Below, one piece after another: positions 12,258 to 23,863 of a stretch of DNA of 64,000 bases (positions are counted from its first letter, which is position 1; every line of letters begins with the position of its first letter). Position numbers and translations under genes: made by a program. Under the pieces are notes generated by a model. It was not told where the DNA came from. It did not search any database and saw only the letters and a program-made list of their open reading frames with translations. The stretch lies in assembly GCA_014905635.1 (NCBI GenBank), contig JABVCE010000007.1, positions 930,001 through 994,000 on the forward strand, written 5' to 3'. This DNA is from Scenedesmus sp. PABB004. Lineage: Eukaryota.

Positions 12258-12850
12258 ATGATGCTCGCCCGCTCGCCCCTCGCGCGCCGCGCCGGCCTGG
12301 CCCCGGCCGGCGCCCGCGCCGCACCCGCGCTGGCCCCGCGCGGCCGCGTGCTGCGCCGCTTCAAGGCGCGCCGCCGCGCTGCGCTGCGCCGCGCGGCGGC
12401 GCCGCCGCCGCCGCCGCCGCCGCCGCGCGCTCACCCTCGCCCGCGCGCCCGCCGCCGCGCAGGAGGGCGGACACGCAGGGCCAGGGCGGCAAGGCGCCGA
12501 AGAACCTGGTGACCGGCGAGCCGCTCACGCCCGTCGACAACGTGCGCAAGGAGGGCTACCAGGCGACGCAGCAGATCGGCCAGACGCCCGCCCGCTCGGG
12601 CCGCCCGCTCGGGCTGCGGCCACTCCTCGGGCTGCGGCCGCTCCTTTGGCGGTGCGCGCGCCGGCGCCAGCGACAGCGCGCGGCGCCGGCGCACCTGCGC
12701 GCGCACGCGTATTGCCGCTCATCGCCGCGCCGCGCCACCGCCGCCACGCCCGCGGCCGCACGCAGAGATGCAGGCCTTTTGACGGCCTCGGCCCGGAGGT
12801 CATCAATGGCCTGCTCGCGATGCTCGGCTTTGCCATCGCCGCGATGCGCC
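12258..12850 (+). pseudogene. ELIP/LHC-like stress protein, frameshifted and 3'-truncated
   Basis: Transit-like MMLARSPLARR...RRFK, then MQAF-DGLGPEVINGLLAMLGF (ELIP motif AFDG..PE.INGRLAMLGF); +1 bases at ~12466 and ~12780, R to L in the LHC motif, similarity ends after helix 1. Confidence 0.72.
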
Positions 12851-13240
12851 GCGCCACCGCGGCGACCACGGCCGCCGCTACGAGGCGGAGCGCATCATCA
12901 GAATAAAGACCGCCGCGCACCGCGACGCGCGTGGGATTGAGCGCCACCGCCTCTGGCAGCAGGGGCGGCCGGGGCGGCCGGGGCGGTACGACCGCCGCCC
13001 GCCCGGCGGCGGCGACTGCGTGCATGCCTGCCTCAACCGCGTGCCTGCATGCTTGGGCACGAGCGTCGCCGCCGCCTCGGCGTGGCGCAACGGCCAGGTG
13101 CATCATGTGCTCAACAATGCATTCGCATGTAGCTTGCTTGGTGCATGGGGGGCTGTATCTCAGGGCCGGGGCCGCCGCGGCGGGCGCTGCTGGCGCTGCT
13201 GCGCACCTATTATGCGCGCCGCCGCGGTGGACAAGGTCAA

Positions 13241-13327
13241 GGTAGTTACCCCATAATGCTCGCCACATTGGGCCCGCGTCCCTTAAGGACGGTGTTCCAG
13301 CCCCTTGACCCGTGCAGCCACGCCGCG
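13241..13327 (+). repeat. Direct repeat copy 1 (~87 bp)
   Basis: Matches 13827-13914: TTACCCC..ATGCTCGC..CCCTTAAGGACGGT..CTTGACCCGTGCAGCCACGCCGCG. Confidence 0.85.
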
Positions 13328-13504
13328 GTGGACCCCCCGGCGTGAGCGGTGCGCCGCGCTGCGCTCTCCGTCCTGGGCAGGACGTTAAAAGGCCTCTTGC
13401 TGTTGTGTGTTGCCAGGTTAGGTCAGGCGTGTGTGCGCGTGTGTTTCTCGCATGGCCACCCGTTCCGGGTGGGGGGGACCCCCTCGCGGGGGCAACAACA
13501 ACAA

Positions 13505-13584
13505 GCCACAGCGGCGCGAGGCATAACGGTTTGGGACCGGCCCGCAGGTCGGTCCCAAACCGTTATGCCTCGCGCCGCTGTGGC
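13505..13584. repeat. Near-perfect hairpin, 38-bp stem (one G-T pair) and 4-nt loop
   Basis: GCCACAGCGGCGCGAGGCATAACGGTTTGGGACCGGCC-CGCA-GGTCGGTCCCAAACCGTTATGCCTCGCGCCGCTGTGGC. Confidence 0.95.
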
Positions 13585-13826
13585 CTGTTTCAGGCGGCCG
13601 GCGATCAGAGGATGCCCATGGTCGGTGTTGGCGGCGGCGGCGCGCGCGCGCGGCGGTGGCAGCGCCGCGCACGCGCGCCGCGCGCCCGCGGCGTCGGGGC
13701 GCCCCCCGGGGCGCCCCGGCAGCCCCCATCCCCCCAGCCGCCGGTGTTGAGACCACCGGCCGGCGCTCCCACGGCGGTTGCGAGCCGGCGGGGAGCACGC
13801 CCAGCGCGGTGCTCATAGCCCAGGGA

Positions 13827-13914
13827 GGTAATTTACCCCGTATGCTCGCGCACATCGGGCCTGCGCCCCTTAAGGACGGTAGCTGGTCCTCTTGACCCGT
13901 GCAGCCACGCCGCG
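13827..13914 (+). repeat. Direct repeat copy 2 (~88 bp)
   Basis: Matches 13241-13327. Confidence 0.85.
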
Positions 13915-14362
13915 CAGGCCCTACAGGGAACCCCCCGTCGCATCTGCTGCCCCGTCTCCGCCGTCCATGGTGAGCTGACTAAGCCATCGGCAAAGCGGCG
14001 CGAGTCAGGCCGGCCGGCGCGGACGGGTTTTTCCCGCTGAGAGTGCGAACTTCCGCTCAGCCGACCACGGGGCGCCCACGGGGCGCTTTGCACCCCATAG
14101 ACGGGTTCTCCAAGCTCGCGGGAGGCCATCGCGAGCGGCGACCGCAGGCTTGGGCAGCCCGGCAGGCGGCGACATCATCAAGGCTGCCGGCGCGAGCACA
14201 GGCAAGGCAGGGCGCGCGTGATCGCCAGCCCGCAGGCTTACCTCCTGGTGGCCCCCAACCTTCCCAGAGCTGCCCCTGAGACTGAGCGCAGCAACGTCTT
14301 GCAGGTTCAGCACAAACAATCACCACACGCACGATCATCACGCACGCGCCCCCCTCACGTGA

Positions 14363-14776
14363 TCACACCGCCGCGCCCGGCTCGCACTGGAGGGTCATCT
14401 TGAAGTCGGACCAGTCGCTCAGCGTGCGCACCTGCGTGAACGCGCGGCCCAGGTCGCACGTGGTCGCGTCGTAGTCGACCACCGGGAAGGGGAAGGAGCC
14501 GAGCGTGGCGCCGCCGATGCTCGCGTCGGCGCGCTCGGCGTGGAAGTGGAAGGTGCGGACGGCGGTGTTGAACGCGGGCAGCACGGCGCAGTGCTTCACT
14601 TGCAGCGTGCGCGTGGCGAGGTCGGTCTTTGAGGCGTTGAACACGGGCGTGAACACAAAGTGGACCAGCAGGTCGCCGCTCGGGTCGTCGCAGGGGCACA
14701 CGCAGCCGCCGCAGTAGTTGGCGACCGTCACGCGCTTGTAGTTGGTGCTCTTGGACAGCGCCGGCGCCGACGCCGC
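14363..14776 (-). pseudogene. 5'-truncated coding fragment of an unknown protein
   Basis: Codon-biased frame LSKSTNYKRVTVANYCGGCVCPCDD...FKMTLQCEPGAAV*, with no ATG before it abuts an opposite-strand fragment. Confidence 0.55.
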
Positions 14777-15611
14777 CCCGGCGGCAGCTGCCGCGCGGGC
14801 GCTTGCGTGCCTGCAACCACCGGTGAGAGCTGAGGCCTCGCTGCTGCGGCTGGCCCGAGCGCTGTGTGCGCGCCGGCCACACGCCGAGCTGCCCGCCGTC
14901 GCTACACCACGCCCCGCGGCCGCAGACAAGTGTGCCGGCGTCACGTGCACGGCGACCAGCGAGTGCCAGACCAGCACCTGCAGCCCTTTGACCGGCACCT
15001 GCAGCTCAGCCAACAAGGCGGACGGCGCGACGTGCACCGGCGGGACGTGCAGGGCTGGGGCGTGCAGCACGGGGCCAGGTGAGTTGGCGGCCTGGACTGC
15101 ACGCGCTGCGTCGCCGCTCTGTGCCAAAGCACAGCCGTGCTCATTCGTGCCTTCACCGCAAACTGAGCCGACCTTACCTCCCAGGCGGCGACCTCTGCGC
15201 TGGCAAGACATGCACGGCGCCCGCCTGCAAGACGGCCACCTGCGACGCCGGCAGCGGCCTGTGTGGCACGCCCGTGTCCGCGCGGGACAAGACGCGCTGC
15301 GGCGCCGGCGAGTGCGAAGGCGGGCGCTGCTCGGTCACCGGTGAGCGAGCGCGCCCCCGCGCAGATGTCTGCGCGGCCAGCCGCCGGCGGCCGCGCGCAG
15401 TCCCCCGGCGCGCCGCCACCGCGCACTCCGCCGCCGCCGCCGCGCAGACCTCTGCAAGAACGTGTTCTGCCTCGCGGGGCCCTGCACCGAGCGCGTGAGC
15501 TGCAACCGCGCGAGCGGCCTCTGCGTCGCGACCGCCAAGAAGGAGGACGGCGCGAGCTGCCTCGACGGCCTGGGCGCCTGCCAGGACGGCGCGTGCGTGC
15601 TGATGCGGTGA
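14777..15611 (+). pseudogene. Cys-rich repeat (extracellular-type) protein, 3' fragment with one repeat per exon
   Basis: Exons 14777-14822, 14926-15078, 15185-15340 and 15448-15611 joined by phase-1 GT-AG introns: DKCAGVTC..C....C....G.C...., DLCAGKTC..., DLCKNVFC...; first repeat cut mid-unit. Confidence 0.7.
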
Positions 15612-15846
15612 CGTACCGCACGGCCATGCGCGCGGCGGCCGGACGGCCTGGGTGGTGACTGACAGTGGTAAGCTAAGGGCGGGGGGGGGGGGGGCGAGGG
15701 GCCGAGGCCGGGAGCGGATGCCGGAGCGTTTGACTCGCGACTCCTAGGGCTCGGGTCGAAGATACGCGGCAGGGCGTTCCTTGGAACGTTTCAACAGTTC
15801 AGTGCGCCGCCCGCCGGCGGCCCGCGTCCCGCACCGCGCGCGCCGC

Positions 15847-18800
15847 CTAGCCGCCCAGCGCGCCGCCGCCGGACGCTGCCAGGGCTGCCGCCGCGGCGCT
15901 CGTGGGCGCGTGGCGTGCAAGCAGGTAATCGTGCACGTAGAGCATCAGCGCGACGGGCTGGCCCACGATGCAAAAGCTGCGGCGCGGCGGCGGCAGCGGC
16001 AGCGGCGGCGTGCGTCGGCGGGCTGTGCGTCGGCGGGGGCAGCGCGCAGCGCAGAGCGGCGCGCAGGGCGGCGTCGCGCGGCGCGCCCCACCTCGCCCAA
16101 AACAGCATGTTGCCCCTGCGCGCGGCGGGCGGCGGCGCGCGCGGCCGCGCGTGGGCGGCGAGCGGCGCGAGCGCGGGGCGGCGTGCCGGCGGGCGCCGCG
16201 CCGCGCCGCGCCGCGCACCACGTGTCTGACTTGAGCCGCTTGCGCAGGCGCTCGGTGAAGCTGATCAGTGGCACCTGACCAGACCGGCGCGGCGCGGCGC
16301 GCGGTCAGCTGGCACCGCCCAGCGCCGCGCGCACCCCCGCCCCCGCCGCCGCCGCGCCCGCCCCCGCCGTCCGGCACTGCCGCGGCCCGCGCCGCCCGCG
16401 CCCCAGCCCCCGCGCCCAGCGCCCGCGCCTCTCCCCCGCCGCCGGCGCGGCGCGGCGCGCCTGGAGCATGACGCCGGCAAAGGACCAGAGCTTGACCATG
16501 TGCAGCGGCACGCCGACCGCGACCTCGTGGGCCACGGCGCTTATGAAGAAGACCAGCACCATCGCGCGGTACCTGGGGAGGGGGGGGATCAGGGTTTAGG
16601 GTTTAGGGTTTAGGGTTGAGGTCCAAGCCCAGGGCGGCGCGGGACGGCGGGCGGGCGTGCGGCGGGCGAGCGGGCGGGCGGGGCGTGCGGGTGAGCGCGG
16701 GGGGGTGCAGCCATGCGGCGGCGGGCGGGCGGGCGGCGGGCGGCGGGCGGCGGGCGCCCCGCGCGCGGCGCGCCTGCCCATCCCCGCGCGCATCGCTGGG
16801 AAGTAGACCGTGCGCAGGAGCCACTTGTGCACCGGCTGCAGCGGCGCGGGGCAGGCGCGGCAGGCGAGGCGCGGCGGTCAGGGCGTGCGCGGCGCGCGTG
16901 CGCTGCAGGCTGGCCGCGCCCCGCCCCGCGCGGCGCCGCGCATCGCGACAAACCATGTTCCAGGCCTGCGGCGGCGGCGGCGGCGGCGAGGCGGCGGCGC
17001 AGCGGGGCGCGCGTGGGCGCGCGGGCGCGGCGCGTGCGGGGGAAGGTTGGGGGCGTCAACAGGGTGCGCCGCGGGCCTGGTTGGGCCGATGCGGGCGGGC
17101 GCGCGAGTCACCTTCCAGTACTCGCCCACCGTCGCGGCGTTCCACCAGTCCTTGTAGAACTCTGCGGCGCCACATCCGCACGCGCAGGCGCGCGTGACGC
17201 GGGGGCGGCGGGGGCGGGGGCGTGCGCGCAGCGCGGCGCAGCGCGCGGCGCGGCGCGGCGCGCGCGCGCCGCGGGCGCACCGCGGTCGCCAAAGCGCGTG
17301 AGCTGCGCGGCGGCCGGCGCCGGCGGCGGCGGCGGTACGGCGGCGGTCAGGCGGCGGCTACGCGTGGTCGCGCCCGCCGCCCCACGCGCAGCACGTCGGC
17401 TCCGGCGCGCTGCGCGGCGCGGCGCAGCGCAGCCCGGCGGCGCTGCGCGCGTGTGCGTGCGCGCACCTCTGCGAGTATGTTGAGCCAGAGGTGGAACAAG
17501 CAGTAGAACATGCAGAGCCAGCAGTAGAGGTTTGGCAGCGCGAGCTTGAGCACGCGCTCCGCGACGCGCGGCCAGTCGCTCGTGGACAGCGGGGTCATCG
17601 CGTTGGACACGGCTGGCTCGAGGTACTGGTTGGCCATGAACAGCAGCACTGGCCCCAGGGGGGGGCGGTGGGGGGGAGGGGCGGTGGGGGGCGGTGGGGG
17701 GGAGGGTGAGGGAGGGTGAGGGAGGAGGGTGAGGGAGGAGGGTGAGGGAGGGGGTGAGGGAGGGGGTGAGGGAGGGGTGAGGGTGGGGACGGGGAGGGGG
17801 GAGGGAGGGAGCGGGAGGAGGGTGAGGGAGGGTCAGAGAGAGAGTGAGGAGGCGTGCGGGGAGGAGTGCGGGAGCATGTGCGCAGGCAGGGCGCGGCGCG
17901 GGCGAGGCGCGGGCGGCGCGCTCACGGCCGCAGAAGCACGCGAGCTCGACCAGGCGGCGCAGCAGCCAGCGCTTGCGGATGCGCGGCGTCGTGGGGAAGT
18001 TGACCTGCGGCAGGGGGCAGGGCGGGGCAGAGCATGGGCGCCGCCGGCCGGCCGCTCGGCCCCCCGCGCGGGCGCTTCCAGCCCACACACTCCCGCGCGT
18101 GTGCGCGCGTGTGCGCGTGTGTGCGCCGCGCGTGCGCCGCGGCGCGCCTGGTAGACGAGCGTGGGCACGGCCAGGAAGTAGAGCATGTTTGGCACCGTCA
18201 GGTTCTCGGGGAACCGCAGCGTCGCCCACGCGGGGTCGGACTCTGCGGCGCGGGACCACGCGCGCGCGTTGGAGCGCACGCACGCCTTTCGGATGCGGCG
18301 CTTGGGCCGCGGCGCGGCGCCGCGCGCGCGCACCCGGCGCGCCGCGCTCGCCGGGGCGCAGCAGGTTGGCGCGGTGCGCGACGCGCAGGTCGTGGTGGCA
18401 GTGGGCGTAGGACACGAGCTTCATCCACACGCACAGCGTGCACAGCGTGAGCACAAACCCGGGCGCCGCGTCGGCGCGCGTCGCGTGGATGACCGCGCAC
18501 GGCAGCAGCAGCGCGGCGGTCGTGTTGGCCGCGTTGAGCCCAAACAGCAGCGCCTCGGTGCGGCGCACGCGCGACGCGTACGCGGACGCGGCCTTGGCCT
18601 CGTGCAGCTGCTTCTTGGCGAGGCCCTTCTTGAACTGCGCGGCGCGGCGCGGGGCCCAGGCAGGGGGTGGGGAGCGAGCGGCGGCGACGGGCGACGCGGC
18701 GCGCCCGAGCCTCGCCGGGCAGCACCCGCCGCCGCACAGCGCCGCCGCCGCCGCCGCGCCTGCTCCTCCGCGCGGAGGCACGCGACGCCGAGCTTCTCCG

Positions 18801-18992
18801 CGCCGAGCGCGGCGAGCGCGAAGCACAGGAGCGCTGGGAAGGCAAGCACGAGCGGCAGGTTGCCGCGGCCCGCGAGGCTGCGCGACACGAAGCGCACGAG
18901 GTTGAGGCGCACGCCATACTTGAGCAGGTTCTCCAGGATCAGCCTGCGTCAGGGGCCGCGAGAGAGAGGGGGAGAGAGAATGTGTGTGTTAG

Positions 18993-19075
<83 letters not shown>

Positions 19076-20686
19076 AGGGAGAGAGAGAGAGCGGGCCGGC
19101 GCCGCGCCTGAAGTTGGTGGCGAGCAGCACGATGATGCCAAGGTTGAGCAGGCCGTCGTGCTTCGCCGACCACACGCCGTCGGAGGAGAGGTAGCTGTAC
19201 CGCGCGCACGTGTGCACGGGCGTGCTGCCAACCATCGGCGGCCGCGCCGCGCCGCCGCCGCTGCCGGCGTCGCCGCCGGCGCCACCGCCGCCGGCCTGCG
19301 GCTCGATGCGCGGCGCGCCGGCCGCGCCGGCCGCGGCGCCGCCGCCGCCGCGGCGGTGCGCGCCGCGGCTGCCGCCCGGGCGGCTGGATACCTCGCCGTC
19401 GCTGTCGTCGCCGCGGCGCGCGGCGGCGGCCACGCCGCTGGACGCCACCGTCGCCTCGGCGACCGCGGCGGCGGCGGTGGCCGCGGTCACGCTCGGCGGC
19501 AGCGGCGGCCGGCCCAGGCGGGGCCGGCCCGCCGGGCCCGGCTTGCTCGGCAGGTCCGGCAGCTCGCTGTCGGTGGAGCAGGCCTCCCACCTGCGCGGCG
19601 GCGGCGCGGCGCGTGCGCGCGCGGGGGTCGGCCGCAGCGCCCGCGCCCGGGCGGCGCGCGCGTGCGGCGGCGCACGCGCCTGTCCTGCTGCCGCCGGTCG
19701 TTGTAGGCGGCGCCGCTGCGCGGCGACGCGAGGCCGCCGCCGCCGCTGCTCGCCGGCGCGGAGCGGCCCGGCTCCTGCTGCGGCAGCACGCGCAGGCCGG
19801 CGGCCTCGAGCGCGCCCAGCCAGCGCTCCGCGGCGGCGCGGTTGTCCGTCGCGACGCGCAGCAGCACGTTGCCGCCCGGCTCGAGCACCCGGAAGCGCCA
19901 CGACCGGCTGCCGCCGCTCTCCTCAAGCTCAATGAGGCAACCCTGCGCGGCGGCGGCGGACCGCGGCGGCGCGGCGCGGCGCGGCGCGGTGGCGACGCCC
20001 ACGTCAGCCGGCGGCGGCGGCGGCGGCGCGGCAGCGCCTGTCCCTCGCGCGCGGCAGCGGCTGTCCCGCGCGCGCGGCGCGGCGGGTGCGGGGCGCGCGC
20101 CTGCACGTCGACGACGCCGCGCGGCGCGAAGCTCGCGGCGTCGCGCTCCGACTTGAAGTACCGCAGCAGGCTGCCGGACAGGACAAAGTAGCGCAGCTCC
20201 CATTCCTGCGCAAAGAGGCCGTGCAGGCCGCTCATGGGGCGGTGCTTGTTCAGGTAGCCCTGCGGGGAGCCGCGCGGGGGCGGGGCGGTTGGGGCGGTTG
20301 GGCAGCACGCGGCGGGGGCGGGGCGCCGCGCCGCACGGCGCGCGGCAGGCGGCCGGTGCAGCGGGCAGCGGGCGGCGCGCGCCTGCATGGTGATGCTGCC
20401 GCTGTGGGCGGCGTGCAGCTGCGCGCGGGCGGGCGGCGCGGCGGGGCGGCACGCGTGAGCAGCGCGCGGGCGGGCGCCGCGCCGCATGCGCCCCTCCCCG
20501 CGCAGCCCCGCGCACCGCGGCCGACAGCTCCGAGTTTGCGCGCTCCAGCTCCTCCAGCCGCCGCTCCAGCGCGCACCGCGCCGCCTCGTGCGCTCCGCCG
20601 CCGGCCCCGCCGCCGGCGGCGGCGCCGCTGCTGCGCCGCTGCGCCGCCGCGGCGGCCCCGCCGGACAGCTTGGCGATGGAGAACAT
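15847..20686 (-). CDS. DGAT1: Type-1 diacylglycerol acyltransferase (MBOAT) with N-terminal PH domain
   Basis: PH: GYLNKHR...WELRYFVL...ERWLGAL; DGAT1: GLLNLGIIVLLATNFR|LILENLLKYG, PTLVYQ, FGDR|EFYKDWWN, SAVAHE; includes a 12-nt micro-exon 16954-16965 (AWNM). Confidence 0.93.
16590..16620. repeat. Interstitial telomeric (TTTAGGG)n tract in a DGAT1 intron
   Basis: CAGGGTTTAGGGTTTAGGGTTTAGGGTTGAG. Confidence 0.9.
18996..19091. repeat. (GA)n microsatellite in a DGAT1 intron
   Basis: Long AG dinucleotide run. Confidence 0.95.
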
Positions 20687-21091
20687 GGCTGTGCGTTCCG
20701 GTCACGCCGCAGGCGCCATGCGGGGGCCGATCCTCGCGGGCGCTGCTTCCGAGGTCGGGGCCGAGGCCACTGCTGCTCTGCTGCTGCTCGCGCGTGCGTG
20801 CGTGCGCTGCTCAGGCGGTCCCGTCGTCGATGGCTGCCGGGCGCGGGACGGTCGGCGTGGCGTGGCGGCTCGGCGGCAGGGCAGGGCGCAACAGGCGCAC
20901 CGCCGCCGGCGACGGCAGCGCGCGCGCCGATGCGGCCGCCCGTTGTCGTTGGGGCCGGCAGACCACACCGCTCGTTTGCAAGCACACACGCGGACGCACC
21001 GGCGCCAACAGCACCGCCGCCAACAGCAGCGACCGGCGTCAGCAGCAACCGCCGCGCCGCCGCCGAGCGCGACTCCAGCACGCCCACGGCA

Positions 21092-22240
21092 ATGCAGGCG
21101 CCGCCGCACCACGCCGCCCCACCGCCGGGCGGCGGCGCCGCGCAGCAGCCGCCGCCGTGCGGGCTGGAGCAATGCGCGGTGGCGCAGCTGCTCGTGCGCG
21201 AGGCGCAGGCCGAGATCGGCAACCTGCGCGCGGAGCTGTACAGCGCCCAGCGCCTGGCGGAGGAGCGGCGGTGCGCCGCGGCGCCCACCGCCGGCCGCCC
21301 CCCGCGCCGGCCGCCGTTGGCCGACCGCCGCCCCGCGCGCCGACCGCCGCCGACCCCCGCCGACCGCCGCCGGCTGCGGCGCCACCGCCTCAAATCGCAG
21401 GCAGGCGCTGGACGCGATGACGGGCGCGCGAGACCAGCTGGCGGCGGTGGCGCGCCAGCTCGAGGAGCGCGTGGCGGGCCTGCAGGCGCAGGCGGGCGCG
21501 CTGCCGGCGGCGCAGCAGGAGCTGGCGGCGCTGCGCGAGCTGCACGAGCGCCAGCAGCGCGACGTCCAGCTGCAGCTGCAGGCGCGGCGCATCCTGGAGA
21601 CGGAGCTGCAGGACGAGCGCGCGGCGCGCGGCGCGGCGGAGGAGGCGCGCGCGCGCGCCGAGGCGGAGCGCAGCCGGCTCGCGCTCGCGCGCGACGAGGC
21701 CGCCGCGCAGCTGCGCGTGGCGCGGCAAAAGGCGGAGGACGCCGAGGAGGAGCAGCTGCGCGCGGAGGAGGACGCGGCGCAGCTCCGCCGCGAGCTGGGC
21801 CTGGCGCAGGCGGCCGCGGCGGGCGGCGGCGGCGCCGGCGGCGCCGCCGGCGGCGCGGGCGGCGGCGGCGGCCCGACCGATGCGGCGGCGCTGCGCGCGG
21901 AGCTGCAGGAGCAGCACGTGCGAGGCGCGGCGCTCATGCAGGCGCTGCAGGAGGTGCAGGCCGAGGCGGGCGCGGCCAAGGCGGAGGCGCGCGCGCTGCA
22001 GCGGCAGCTCGCCGACGCGCGCGGCGCGGCAGAGGCGGCGGAGCGCCGCGCGGCGCAGCTGGAGGCCGGCGAGCGGGGCGGCCAGCAGCGAGGCGAGGCG
22101 AGCGCCGACGGCGCGGCCGCGCAGGCACGCGCCGAGCGCGAGCTCGCGGCCGCGCGGCAGCAGGTCGCAGCGCTGCAGCAGGAGGCCGCCTCTGCGCGCG
22201 CCGCGGCCGCGACCGCCGCGGCGCAGCTGCGGGCGGCGGC

Positions 22241-22303
<63 letters not shown>

Positions 22304-22970
22304 CGGCGGGGCAGCGCCGGCGCCGCGGCAGGCGCCCGAGGCGTCGGCGGCGGAGGAGGCGCTGGAGGAGCAGGTGGAGCTGCTCATGCGCAAGGTGGTC
22401 GCGCTCAAGACGAGCCGCGACAAGCTGCTGGCGCAAATGGACCGGCAGAGCGTCGAGCTGGAGCAGGCGGCGGTGGAGAGCCAGGTGCGGGGCCGGAGGG
22501 CGGGGTTGGTGGTGAGAGGAGGTGGCGAGCGCCGCGCAGCGCAGCCACGCCGCCCCGGCTGACGGCACGCGCGCCCGCCGCCGCCGCCGCCGCGCCAGGC
22601 GCTGGCGGGCGAGTCCGCCGCGGCGGCGGAGCAGAGTGCGGCGTGGCAGGCGCAGGCGCATGACGCGCTGGCGACCATCGCGCGGCTGCAGGACCTGCTG
22701 GCCGAGAGCGCCAGCTGGGAGGCCGCGCAGCGCGGCGGCGGCGGCGGCGGCGACGCCGCGCCGAGCGGCGGCGACGCCGCTTCGCTGCACGCCGAGCTGC
22801 TCGCGGAGCGCGCCCGCAGCGCGCGGCTGGACCTGCAGTCGCGCGTGCTGGCCGCACAGCTGCTGCGGGGCCACGCCGCGCACGCCGGCGCGGCGCGCGC
22901 GCTGGTGCCGCTGCTGAGCGGCGTTGAGGCGCGGCTGCTGGGCCTCAAGGCCGCCACCGGCCGGCGGTGA
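21092..22970 (+). CDS. Coiled-coil protein with poly-Q tract, function unknown; divergent from DGAT1
   Basis: Three exons (introns ~21271-21400 and ~22485-22598), E/Q/A/L/R-rich heptads, (CAG)n at ~22242-22301, TGA at 22968-22970. Confidence 0.75.
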
Positions 22971-23863
22971 CGCGGGCGCGCGGAGGGCGGGCGTGGGGCG
23001 CCGCCGCGGGACGCGGGCGGCGCGCGCTGCAGCGGTCGGCGCGGCGGTGCAGCGGCGCCGGAACCCCTGTCCGCGCCGGCGCCCCCGCGCACGGCGCCCT
23101 CGCCCCGCGCAACACTCTGCGCCACCGCACGCCCCGCGCCCGTGCTAGCTACGCGAGCAGCGCGCCATAACGCCACCGCGCTCCCGCCGCGCGCTCGAGC
23201 CGATGCTGGCCGCCCTCGGCGCCTGATCGTTCGAGGCGCCGCCCACAGCAGCCGTCCCCGGGCGCGCGGCGCGCGCAGGGGCCGCCATGTTGCAGCAGCA
23301 GCGCGGCCTGGCGCCACCGCCAGCGCCAGCCGGGGCCGCCCGCGCGGTGAGCGGGCCGCGGCGGGCCGGCGGGGGGGGGACTGCGGTGCAGTCGCGCTAA
23401 GCCCCGTTGCGCCGAGCCGCCCCCGCACCGCCGCGCGCAGGCGCCCCCGAGCCGGCCACTGCCACGCCGACCGCATCGGGCGCCTGGCGACACAAGCACG
23501 CGCGCAGGGACCGAGCAGCGGGCCGCCCCGCGGGCGCCGAGTCTTCGCCGCGCGCGGCCTGGCCTCCCGGAATCACGCGCGGCGCTAAACAAGTCCACCA
23601 ACGCGCGCGCCGGCAATCCGGGCACCTTCCCGGGCCTCGCGGGGCGCGCACGCGCAGGTGCGGCTTTTGAATGATTGATGGGCCGCCCGGGCTTGCCGCG
23701 CGCCCGCGGACCGCCCGCGCCGCGGCGAGCTCTCCGCACCAACGCGCGCACAAGCCACGAAGCGCCGGCCGCCCGCGCGGCGCCGCGCGGGGCCGCGCAG
23801 CAGCGCGGCGCGAGCGCTGCGCGCGCCGCCAGCGCTGCCGCCCGCCGCCGCCGCGTCGCGCAG

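Noticed and set aside
12895..12901. Minus-strand CTGATGA as a hammerhead ribozyme core (also at ~34224)
   Set aside because: No stem II followed by GAAA could be formed
12870..12960. YEAERII peptide resembling a chromodomain start (retroelement remnant)
   Set aside because: Too short; downstream chromodomain residues (YLVKW) are absent and no RT/integrase is nearby
13241..13914. Direct repeats as CRISPR array or LTR pair
   Set aside because: Only two diverged ~87-bp copies 500 bp apart, no TG..CA ends, no PBS/PPT, and a eukaryotic context without cas genes
17650..17860. G/A-rich tandem tract (GAGGGTGAGG) and other (GA)n, (CA)n, (CAG)n runs
   Set aside because: Ordinary intronic or poly-Q simple repeats with no further structure
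19760..20260. PH domain as a separate gene or novel fusion
   Set aside because: Exons splice in frame into DGAT1, and PH-DGAT1 architecture is already known in green algae
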